DNA from: an uncultured Candidatus Saccharibacteria bacterium
GTDB taxonomy: Bacteria; Patescibacteriota; Minisyncoccia; Phycocordibacterales; UBA9973
NCBI GenBank assembly: GCA_964354985.1
Contig: CAYHBR010000001.1
Span: 18,407 to 82,406, forward strand
DNA length: 64,000 nt
Direction of reading: 5' to 3'
Positions 21,563 through 31,000 of this stretch are shown here, piece by piece (within the stretch, counting starts at the first letter, position 1; the number at the start of each line of letters is the position of its first letter). Both the position numbers and the translations under genes were made by a program. The notes under the pieces are model-generated. The model was not told the DNA's origin. It did no database searches and worked only from the letters and a program-made list of their open reading frames with translations.

Positions 21563-21940
21563 TCCTTAAATATTACCCCCCCCCCGAGCACTTTTACCAG
21601 TTCTAGGCAGTTTTAAAAATCTATATATTTTTGGTACGCTATTTATCAAATATTACCAAAAGCACACAGGCACACTCTGGGACAAAGGATTGACACGCTA
21701 TTTATTGAAAGTATTGAAGCAATTTCAATTGCCAGTTTTTTATCACGACAAGAAAAGCAACCATATGTTCGTGTTGCTATTAGAAAAATCGACACTTTAA
21801 AAGTGTTACTCATGATACTCTGGGAAACCAAATCTATAGACGATAAAAAATACATCGCCCTCTCGGTAAAGCTCGAAGAAATTGGAAAGATGCTCGGCGG
21901 CTGGAATGGACAATTAGCAAAACAAAACTCTCCCAAATAG
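21542..21940 (+). pseudogene. avd: Avd-like four-helix-bundle protein, frame disrupted at its 5' end
   Basis: Open frame 21617-21940 (..WYAIYQILPKAHRHTLGQRID..KLEEIGKMLGGW..) is homologous to 47638-47961; the ATG 21542 frame stops at TAA 21614 after the C10 tract. Confidence 0.85.
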
Positions 21941-21960
21941 AGGGAGAGAAATGAAGAGAG

Positions 21961-22087
21961 TTGCGAAACGGCAAACGCGAACCCGTTCTCACGATTCCAC
22001 CTGTTATCAGGCTTGTCATAGTACGCATTGAGCCAACGACCATCGTCGTTACGGTTCGCGTTGAGCAAGTTAGGATCGCCATCGGAA
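21961..22087 (-). repeat. DGR1 template repeat (TR)
   Basis: 127-bp match to 22424-22550 with 15 mismatches, all at TR adenines (minus strand); AAC/AAT-rich. Confidence 0.96.
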
Positions 22088-22334
22088 CGCGCGAGATATC
22101 ATCCGTGCCACCACCCTTTGAGTTCTCTCAGGATTGTATTTTATTCGGCATCGCAATGCCTCAATGTCTCGCGCCAAGTATCTTCGTTTTTGCAGGTTAC
22201 ATGCACTACTCTATCCGAAACCATGATCGCGGATACACTCAATGCAAGGATACTGGGTTCGGTAGCGCCCAACCGTGATCGTGCGCATATTCACCTACTG
22301 CCATCGGCAATTATATCGTATTTTATATTTTATG

Positions 22335-22370
22335 AAAAAAATAGTCCCCGATTTAAAAAATCGAGGACTA
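22335..22370 (-). terminator. Intrinsic terminator downstream of the DGR1 target
   Basis: 13-bp stem 22342-22354/22358-22370 (one G.U on minus strand) followed by U7. Confidence 0.7.
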
Positions 22371-22405
22371 AGGACTAAATGCAAAGAACTGAAGTTCTGA
22401 GCATC

Positions 22406-23029
22406 TTAATTTTGAGTACTAACTTGCGAAACGGCAAACGCGAACCCGCCCTCACGATCCCACCTGCTATCAGGCTCGCCATAGTACGCAAAGAGCCAAC
22501 GACCACCGCCGAAACGGTCCGCGCTGAGCAAGTTAGGATCGCCACCGGAATCCTTGATCGGTTCGTGCATAGCAACGATCCAGATAAGCCCCATTGCTTC
22601 GATCTCCTCGTCTGTGAACTTTTCACGGATGAGACATGCGATCTCAGCGTTTGGTGTTTCCAATTTGCGATTGGCAGCTTCGCTACGGATCTTCTTAGTG
22701 ATACGGTTGTTGTCTTCGAACAGCATCCCTTTGAGTACCGCAACTTCGGTTGTTATTCCAGAAGTAGGCTTGAAATCTTTTGAAAGTAACACACTCTTAG
22801 CATAATCGCTGAGGCGGTATCCTTTTTTCTCAAGACGCACAATCCATTCTGCCCCGGTAGCGCCGTCAGAAATGACATTGAAGTAAATTACTCCATCTTT
22901 TTCTGTCCAGCTCCTTGCCGGTTCTGCAATAGTGATTTCACCACGAAGGAATCTATTAACTCCTTCTTCTCCACCAAGTTTGTTCCATACGGCTTCTACT
23001 CGGCCAAATGTAATATCAGGATATTTCAT
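22406..23029 (-). CDS. DGR1 target protein (207 aa, probable C-type-lectin-like variable domain)
   Basis: C-terminus encoded by VR; shares SDYAKS..DF and M..I.DS.GD motifs with target 2. Confidence 0.92.
   Translation of the reverse strand: MKYPDITFGRVEAVWNKLGGEEGVNRFLRGEITIAEPARSWTEKDGVIYFNVISDGATGAEWIVRLEKKGYRLSDYAKSVLLSKDFKPTSGITTEVAVLKGMLFEDNNRITKKIRSEAANRKLETPNAEIACLIREKFTDEEIEAMGLIWIVAMHEPIKDSGGDPNLLSADRFGGGRWLFAYYGEPDSRWDREGGFAFAVSQVSTQN
22424..22550 (-). repeat. DGR1 variable repeat (VR)
   Basis: 3' end of the target gene; 11 A>G and 4 A>T changes relative to TR. Confidence 0.96.
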
Positions 23030-23218
23030 TCTTATAAGTTTTTAGGCTATTAGCCTTTTGTTGCTTACTGTCCGCAAGCTGGAGCGTGACTTTTGTTAGC
23101 CATAGCCAGAAAGCACCTCGTCGAAAGGAACCTTTTGGCTATGGCTATTTGCAAGTTAGTTGGAAAGGAACTGTTTTATATTATACTCTTATTAACACAA
23201 AAGTCAATAGCTATGTAG

Positions 23219-23914
23219 TTATTCCCTCCACCCCTTTTTCTCAAGCGCACCTTCCGCCGCCGAAGTTTCGGCTTCTTGTTTAGATTTGCCTTTGCCACTC
23301 GCAATGTGCTCGCTACCAAAGAAAATACCGACAGTAAATTGTTTGTCGTGGTCTGGCCCAGTTTCCTTCATCACTTTGTAGGCCGGAGTGAGCGAGTAGT
23401 GTTCTTGCGCCATTTCTTGGATATAGCTTTTGGCGTCGCGCCAGAGTTTCTTTTTTACGATTTCATCGATACGACCTGCGAGAGTTTTTAAAATAAATTC
23501 GGTTGCAATATCGTAACCTTGGTCGAGGTAGATAGCACCGACAACAGCTTCATAGGTATTGGCGAGTATGTACTGACGGGCTTTGCCATTGTCTTTCTGC
23601 TCGCCTTTCGACAAAAGCAAATATTCATTCATACCGAGCTCGCTAGCAACCTCAGAAATGATAACAGCATTGACGAGTGCCGAACGGTAGCTCGTGAGTT
23701 CACCTTCGGTAACATTTGGATACTTATCAAAAAGGAAACGGGTGATAGCGAGTTCAAGAACCGCATCACCAAGGAATTCGAAGCGTTCGTTGTGAAAAAG
23801 TCCGGTGTTCGGATTTTCGTTGATATATGAGCGATGGATAAATGCTTGAGTTAAAAGACCTCGGTCTTTAAAATTGACGCCGATGGCTTTTTCAAATGAT
23901 GGAAAATCTGGCAT
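23219..23914 (-). CDS. rnc: Ribonuclease III
   Basis: HNERFEFLGDAVLEL signature plus C-terminal dsRBD. Confidence 0.97.
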   Translation of the reverse strand: MPDFPSFEKAIGVNFKDRGLLTQAFIHRSYINENPNTGLFHNERFEFLGDAVLELAITRFLFDKYPNVTEGELTSYRSALVNAVIISEVASELGMNEYLLLSKGEQKDNGKARQYILANTYEAVVGAIYLDQGYDIATEFILKTLAGRIDEIVKKKLWRDAKSYIQEMAQEHYSLTPAYKVMKETGPDHDKQFTVGIFFGSEHIASGKGKSKQEAETSAAEGALEKKGWRE

Positions 23915-23998
23915 AGAGTTTTTAGATTTCGCAAAAACAGTGTTCCGAAACGATTCGGCACGCTCTTTTTACGCAGAGACTGTACGCGTGACTGCGCG

Positions 23999-24898
23999 TT
24001 AGTTCTGGCTAGTTATAAATTCGACTGATTTTTGAATCATAGCGACAGTATCGTCGTATGTTGTCAGGCTTGGTACTTCGGTCACTGGAAACCATTTGGC
24101 ATCGGTGAGACCGTCTTTTTGCTCCAGGAGTAGCGTCTGAAAGGGCGCTTCACCAAGGAAGTATGTCACCTGCTTTCGTATCTTACCCTTTTCTGGATGA
24201 GATGCAATATACTCGTTTTCGCCGAGAACAGTTTTGACAACAATTGGCAAACCGATCTCTTCACCAATATCGCGGACAATACCGTCTTCTGGTGTTTCGC
24301 TATCTTCAAGACTGCCTTTGGAAAGAGTCCAGTAGCCGAAAATGTCATGCACGAGTGCGAGGTATATCATGCCTTCGTGAAGTGCATAGACAACGGCACC
24401 AACTTTTTTCTCAATTGGCAGAGACTCAATGTCGACAAGCTCGTCTTTTTTCTTTTTGGAAACTTCATCTTTGCCTGGCTCGCCGATTTCTTTGTAAACA
24501 GCACCGAGTACTCCATTGATAAACTTACTGGAATTTTCACCACCAAAACTTTTGGCAAGTTCAATAGCTTCGTTGATTGCGACTTTTGGTGGGACTTGGG
24601 TTCTGTCACCAAAAAGAAGCTCAGTGAGCCCCATGCGCAGAATATTTCGATCAACAATATTTATTTTCTCAAGTGGCCAGTCTGGCGCAGCTTTTGAAAT
24701 AATATCATCAACAACAGAACGATGACGCAGTACGTCAGTGGTGAGAGCAAGAATGAAATCGCCATCTTCAAGACCTGGGCCGTATTCTTTGATATCCCTT
24801 TCTACTACATCAGCAACAGCCTCGTCTGGCACCTTACGAAAATCCCACTCAAAGAGTGATTGGAGAACAATGGATCTTGAAAGATGTCGATGTGCCAT
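23999..24898 (-). CDS. nusB: Antitermination factor NusB fused to a NUDIX-like domain
   Basis: DRNILR, VAINEAIELAKSFG, FINGVL; C-terminal KGSLEDSETPEDGIVRDIGEEIGL. Confidence 0.93.
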   Translation of the reverse strand: MAHRHLSRSIVLQSLFEWDFRKVPDEAVADVVERDIKEYGPGLEDGDFILALTTDVLRHRSVVDDIISKAAPDWPLEKINIVDRNILRMGLTELLFGDRTQVPPKVAINEAIELAKSFGGENSSKFINGVLGAVYKEIGEPGKDEVSKKKKDELVDIESLPIEKKVGAVVYALHEGMIYLALVHDIFGYWTLSKGSLEDSETPEDGIVRDIGEEIGLPIVVKTVLGENEYIASHPEKGKIRKQVTYFLGEAPFQTLLLEQKDGLTDAKWFPVTEVPSLTTYDDTVAMIQKSVEFITSQN

Positions 24899-24937
24899 AT
24901 TTGATGTAAGGAACTAAATACTTGTGCCGGTGGGCGA

Positions 24938-25192
24938 TTACTTTTTCTTTGCTACTTTTTTACCTGCCTTCTTGTCCGCTTTCTTTGCTGTCTTTTTCGT
25001 TGTTTTTTTCTCTACGCGCTTCATGACGTCGATAACTTGGCGACCTCTGTACACACCTGTGACGAGACTAGCGCGGTGGCGGAGGTGCGGAACACCTGTT
25101 TTGCCGTCCACGGCAATAGGCAAGCCCGAGAGGGCGTGGTGGGAGCGGCGGTTTCGCGTATGACTGCGAGTATGTCTCATTCGTACTACCAT
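24938..25192 (-). CDS. rpmF: 50S ribosomal protein L32 (Cys-free, Lys-rich tail)
   Basis: RHTRSHTRNRRSHHAL...HLRHRA...GVYRGRQV. Confidence 0.9.
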   Translation of the reverse strand: MVVRMRHTRSHTRNRRSHHALSGLPIAVDGKTGVPHLRHRASLVTGVYRGRQVIDVMKRVEKKTTKKTAKKADKKAGKKVAKKK

Positions 25193-25239
25193 GTAAGATA
25201 GTATACGGATTTCTGAGAAAAAGGCAATATATTAGGCAA

Positions 25240-27270
25240 TTAACTGGCTTTTTGGCCTTCAAATATTTTGACTCTCGCCTTTTCAAGTCGTTTGTTGGCA
25301 TCGGAGAATTTTTCGTAAATTTCGATTTTTTCAGATGGATATTTTTCAGATGAAATTTCGGTTAGTTTTTCTTCAAGTCTTTTTAGCATTTCTTCGATAT
25401 ACATCCCGTCTGTTACGTCAGCGTCTTTTTGGGCACTAAATCCTTCTACTTTGGATAGTTTGTCAAAGAGAATCTTCATAGATGAATTGTCTTGATTTAT
25501 GAGGTATTTTCGATTATTCAAAAAATTAATTCTTTCATCCTCATTTTTCTTTATAAGTTCCTCCATTTTATTTATTGCTTCGGCATGTTTTGCTTTACTA
25601 TCTAAAAATCCCAATTTTTTATTTTTCAATTGTGTAAGTTTTATTTTTTCCTCCAGAATATCCAGATCTTTCACACCTATTTTACCAGTGTAATCACCTA
25701 TTTCTTCAAACTCTTTTCCAAGTTTGGGAACATTCAAAGTTATTCCGACAGATGGGATTTTGAAATAGATTTTTTCACTCATTTGCCCGTCAAAACGACC
25801 CATACTATTCCTAACAGTTTGAAGTGCCCAGTCTGCATTTTCCTTTCTGTTTTCAGTATTTTTAATTTCGCGAGCAATTTCTTCGGGATATGTGTTCATT
25901 TCTCTACTTTGCATATAGATCATATTTTGATCAACGCCGGCATCAACAAAATCATTTATATCATTTTTTTCAACCTCTTGTTTCTGCATTTTTTCTTCAA
26001 AATATTTCTTCAACTCGCTCGGAGATAGTTTGAGCGCTAGTGAGACTGGATTTTTTATTAGTGAAATTTTTCCGCCTAATTTCCGAGAAAGTGAATAGCT
26101 ATTTTCTACACCAAAATTTTCCTCCCAACCTACGCTATTATTTTTTGAACTAAATATTTCATTTATTTTTTCAATATCTCTTCCCTCAATGATTTCAAGC
26201 AAACCATCGTTGGCTTTTTGAACACCTTCCAAATATTCTCTCACTGAAACCAAGTCGACTACCGGACCATTGTCGTTGACTCTTTCTCCAAGTTCCTTAT
26301 TTATACTAAGAAGATTTTTACTTCCTGACTCAAAGCCAAGTGTTGAAATATGAGTGATTAATTTCTGGCCACTTTCACCGTAATAGCGCATAATTCTTTG
26401 GTAAATTTCGCTATCTTTATCTACAAAAACTCTGTTGTATCTTTCGTTGTATTCATGCAATTTATTTTCGCGGAATTCAGAAAACATCTTATAGGCTTCT
26501 CCTCTTTCAGCTTCGTATTTTTCTACTCTCTCTACATCTTGCCCAATAGCTTCCAGATTTCCTTTATTTTTGACCTCGTACATATTCGCGACCTTAGAAT
26601 GTAATTCGTTTTTTATTATAGCAAGAACTTTTTCTTGCTCTTCCTTTGGTAGCATTAATATTTCTTCTTTTTTCTCAATAATATTTAAATCCCATTTGCC
26701 ATTCTGCAAAGCGGAAAGACCGAAATAATGACTTAGGTTTCCCTCACTAGGTAGGTATTTATTAAGGATTGCTTCTTTCTCTTTTTCTTCGGCAACCCGT
26801 ATCCCTTCTTTAGTTTTAGTAAAGAGTTCTTCGACTGTTTTTTCTTTTTTTGACAAAGCTTCTTGATTTTTCTCTTTTTCTGTACTTAAAGTAATAACTT
26901 TTTCCTGCAAACTTTTCCATTCATTTTTTTCAGTACTGAAAACATCGCTGAAAACATCTTTGGTTTTCAATTTGTTATATAAAGCACCGTCATTGTCTGC
27001 GTTTTTGGCTTCGTTTACTACTTGACGACCACTTGAAATAATTCGGCCTCGCTCGCCTCTTACTTCACTAAGTGATGAAAATATTTCATCTCGCTTGTTT
27101 TGGATGTCTTCGAGCTCTGCTTTTTCTTTCTCGTATTCTTCTTGAACTGATTTTTCTTCATCTTGCTTTTTTTGTTTTTTGAGATTTTCTTCTTCCTGTT
27201 TCAAATTTTCCTGCTCTGTTTTTAGAGCTTGGATTTTTTCGAGCGAGGAAGGAATGCCACCTGGATTCAT
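25240..27270 (-). CDS. Hypothetical Glu/Lys-rich coiled-coil protein
   Basis: Long ORF (about 676 aa); start uncertain. Confidence 0.8.
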   Translation of the reverse strand: MNPGGIPSSLEKIQALKTEQENLKQEEENLKKQKKQDEEKSVQEEYEKEKAELEDIQNKRDEIFSSLSEVRGERGRIISSGRQVVNEAKNADNDGALYNKLKTKDVFSDVFSTEKNEWKSLQEKVITLSTEKEKNQEALSKKEKTVEELFTKTKEGIRVAEEKEKEAILNKYLPSEGNLSHYFGLSALQNGKWDLNIIEKKEEILMLPKEEQEKVLAIIKNELHSKVANMYEVKNKGNLEAIGQDVERVEKYEAERGEAYKMFSEFRENKLHEYNERYNRVFVDKDSEIYQRIMRYYGESGQKLITHISTLGFESGSKNLLSINKELGERVNDNGPVVDLVSVREYLEGVQKANDGLLEIIEGRDIEKINEIFSSKNNSVGWEENFGVENSYSLSRKLGGKISLIKNPVSLALKLSPSELKKYFEEKMQKQEVEKNDINDFVDAGVDQNMIYMQSREMNTYPEEIAREIKNTENRKENADWALQTVRNSMGRFDGQMSEKIYFKIPSVGITLNVPKLGKEFEEIGDYTGKIGVKDLDILEEKIKLTQLKNKKLGFLDSKAKHAEAINKMEELIKKNEDERINFLNNRKYLINQDNSSMKILFDKLSKVEGFSAQKDADVTDGMYIEEMLKRLEEKLTEISSEKYPSEKIEIYEKFSDANKRLEKARVKIFEGQKAS

Positions 27271-27338
27271 ATACAAGAATAATACCACCTATGACACCAC
27301 TATCGATAAAGCCGGTGTGGATTTATATATATTATTTG

Positions 27339-27409
27339 AGCCGAGAGCGGGAATCGGACCCACGTTCCTACTTTACGAAAGTAGTGTTCTGCCACTGAAC
27401 TATATCGGC
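27339..27409 (-). tRNA. tRNA-Thr(CGT)
   Basis: Cloverleaf; anticodon arm CTACT-TT CGT AA-AGTAG; no encoded CCA. Confidence 0.92.
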
Positions 27410-27466
27410 CTACTAAAACAAGTCTGAGGCACAGACTTGTTCAGTTTTATTTTTAGTTAGAATAAA

Positions 27467-27979
27467 TTATGGTTGCTTTTTAGGGGTTTCTACTGGAGCT
27501 TCTTTTTTTACGGCTTGTGTCACTCCTTGAGATGGATTGATCGAGATCGGAGCAACATTGATTATCTTGTTAGTCGATGGACGATACAATATCGCTTTCA
27601 TCGCGGTGGTGTATGCGAACAGAACATCACCATTTTCAGCTAGTGTAAAAAAATCCTGTCCCTTTAGTTTTTCTTTATCTGAAATCGTGGCAACAGTAGG
27701 AACCTCATCTTTTGGTAATTCCATTAGCTTGCCAAGTGTTCCAACTAGTGTAGCTGTTTTTTTCTGCACTTCAATACTTGGATCTATTTTTAGAGCTTGG
27801 TATTTTTTATAATAATGGAATGAGCCGTATACACCGAGTATTGCAATCAGAAAAATCGTGGGTACAAAAAATTTCTTGTAACTTCTTTTTTTAGCAACAA
27901 TTTCTTTTCTTTCAATTATTTTTTCTTCTTGAATGCTTCCGTCTTTTGTATTCACCTCCTTCATATTTATTTCTTTCAT
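27467..27979 (-). CDS. Hypothetical membrane-anchored protein
   Basis: One TM helix; LPKDEVPTVATI..FF..AENGD..AILYRP; directly downstream of the giant surface protein. Confidence 0.8.
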   Translation of the reverse strand: MKEINMKEVNTKDGSIQEEKIIERKEIVAKKRSYKKFFVPTIFLIAILGVYGSFHYYKKYQALKIDPSIEVQKKTATLVGTLGKLMELPKDEVPTVATISDKEKLKGQDFFTLAENGDVLFAYTTAMKAILYRPSTNKIINVAPISINPSQGVTQAVKKEAPVETPKKQP

Positions 27980-28017
27980 ATGTTTAAATAATATTAATAA
28001 TTTTATAATAACCATAT

Positions 28018-31000
28018 CTATTGTACAGGAACGGGAGAATCAACTACTGGCAACGGCGGGGCAACTTCTGTAACCGTCGGCACAACTTCAGGAGGAACCT
28101 CTGTTTGTACTGCTGTTATATCTGGGACCAAACCAATGTCTGGTGTCGGTATAGTCTCAGGAACAGGAGCAACCTCTGAAGTAGTGGAATCTGCTGTTGG
28201 TATATTAACATTATTAAGAAGTGTTTGCATCTGGTCACCGGTCACGCAAACTTCAGAACCATCTGATTTTTTAACACATATTTCTTCTGTGTGTACTTTT
28301 TTAGCAAATACTTCATCAAAGTATCCGCGAATAGCAATGACACGGGCGGACACAAAGTCGGTAAGAATTTTTGTTCCAGTTGCGACTTTTGCTTCAATAA
28401 TTGAAATAGGATTTTGAGCTATCTCGGATTGAACATCAGAAATGAGAGTTACCAATCCTTCTGTTGTAGAAATATCTCCCATCAAAAGCGATTGATCTTT
28501 CATTGAATATTTACCCGGCGAATATGTATTTTTTATAAAGGCGATTACTTGACCAACACCTTCTCCGCCAAAAGAAGTAAGTGCTTGTCCGATAACCATT
28601 CCATCTTCTGTTGCTTTCATTGCGACTCCCGGAGTCGTGGAGCTAGCAAGGAAATCCCCCGGTTCAATCACACCATTTTCAACAGAAACATTCATTGGAA
28701 CGCGACCAGAGAGTGCGACTGCAACTTGTGACGAGCCTATTCTTTTTCCATCATCAAGTATAAGTCCCGGCTGAGTAGAAACAACGCCTAATACTTCTTT
28801 ATCGTAAGTATTCGTTGTTCTTGTGACGCCTGACTCAAGTGAGTGATCTATTCTGACCAATTCTCCTGGTAGCAATCCCACATCACTCGTATTGTATATT
28901 TCAGCCAAATCAGCACCGCCTGTATTTGTAGAATTCGTTACCATTAGAAAACTTCCGGCATTGACAACGGGCGATGCGGCTACCGTTGCTACGTTTTGTG
29001 CAAATTGGAATTGGAGGTTTCCAGCGGTTCCAGCTGTCGTTACATATCCATGAACAAATACGCGCTGGGTTAATACTGCCGTTGTTGCAATAGCGCAAGA
29101 AGTTCCACTGGCAATAATATTACAATATGCGGAAGAGGTAGCAGAAATAGCATTAACTCCCTCCAGATTTATTGTCGCGCCGGCTGGAGTAGTGAATGTA
29201 TATTTCAAATCAGCAGTTGCATTTGATACGTTAGTATTAATACTTGCCTGAACATAATAAGTTGTATTTGCAGCCATAGCAAAAACTAATTCCGGATCAT
29301 TTAGAAAGACTGTCGAATTTGAAGTAGCCGTTGTCGGAGAAGCTTTTACTATATATTTACTGCCATCAGTATCGCAATTCTTCCAGGCTCCATTTTCATA
29401 ACAACGGAATTTATTTGAAGTAGTATTGTAATAAGTTCCACCATTTATACCAGCCGGATCAGCGCTCCCTGCGTCAAGCACCAATAGATCCGGTGTCGCT
29501 TTTCCAGTAATAGAACCGATTTGGATTTTACTTGATGTCGCTGTTCCGCCAGCCTCAAGAGTAATCGCGTTTGCGCCAGTTGTCGTAATTGTTCCTGCTC
29601 CTGCAAAAGTTAACCCTGTAGCTGATGTGCCAATAGTATCTATCGAGAGTACGCCGGTTAGTGCACCGCCTGTTGTGAGATTGAGTCCTGTTGAGGCAAT
29701 TGCCAAAGTATCGGAAGTAGAGCCCAACACAATAGTGTCAGTAGATGCCCCGTTTGTACCAATATTGATTGCGTTGTTTCCGCTACCAGTACCGATATTA
29801 ATTGTTTTTGAATCGTTGCCGTTTCCAATATTTACAGTTCCTGTTGTTCCAGAATCTAATGTCACTGAGCCTGTTGTGTCAGATTTTATGGAAACCACAC
29901 CGCCAGTACTAGCAAGCAATGTAATTCCGCCAGAACCAGAATATATATTGACAGTAGTTCCATCTGTAATATTACCAATTGTCACAGTTTTTCCAGAAGC
30001 ACCTGTTCCGATATTTACCGCACCAGTAGTTCCTGAGTCAACAGTTATATCGGAAGTTGTCGTTGAAGAAATTGTTCCCGCACTAGCAAAAGTTAGACCG
30101 GTTGCTGAAGCTCCGATTGTGTCGATAGAGGAGACACCAGTTATGGCGCCCGCACTAGAAACATTTAAACCAGAGGAAGTAACGACAAATGTCCCAGTTG
30201 CATTTCCAATAGCTGTATTTGATGATCCGGTTGTATTTATACTTGCCGTTCCACCAGAGACAGTAATGCCGGCGGACCCTATCAACAAGCCTGCGGAAGT
30301 AATTGTTCCTGACCCAGTTGAAGAAATATTTCCGGAAGTTGAAATAGCGCCAATTGAAGAGACGGAAGCAACTCCAGTTAGTGCGCCCGCGCTCGAAACA
30401 TTTAACCCGGAAGATAATAATGAGAACGTATCATCAGCTCCGTTACCAATGACTATTGTATTTACAGCGACACCATCACCAATGTGAATTGTTTTTCCAC
30501 TTGTTCCTGTACCAAGATTAACCGCACCCGTAGAACCAGAGTCAAGATTGAGAGCACCTGTTGTTCCTGAGGTTATTGAAAGAGCTGAGCCAGAAGCTGA
30601 AGTAATAGCGAGAGTGCTTCCGCCAGCGAGAGTTGTTGCACCTGTGCCTGTCAGTGTTGCGCTTCCTGCAGAAACTCCGAAACGAGTACTACCGCCGGTA
30701 ATAAAGTTTAAACCTTGAGCGTCTGTGGTTCCGAGAGAAGCAGAAGTTCCGAAAGCATTGCCCGACTGAACAAAAGCAAAAGAGTTAATTGTTGTTGCAG
30801 TGGTTGGAGTACATCCTAGACGCCATCTAGTAGCACCGGAATCGTACTGTGTACAGAAAGTTGTACCCGCTGGAATAATAACATCGGAACTAGTTCCAGT
30901 GATAATTCTATTTCCGGCAGTGGAGCTTGCAGACTCATTGCTTATCGTCAGATTGAAAGATGACGCATTCATAAACCGAATATACAAACCATCTACACCG

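Larger units (their letters stand above)
20576..23029 (-). mobile_element. Diversity-generating retroelement 1 (target/VR - TR - antisense avd - RT)
   Basis: DGR-type RT, Avd-like frame and a 127-bp TR/VR pair differing only at TR adenines. Confidence 0.96.

Noticed and set aside
21646-22068. 140-aa minus-strand ORF resembling the target C-terminus
   Set aside because: It is the TR read in frame plus antisense avd; the TR acts as RNA and there is no convincing start.
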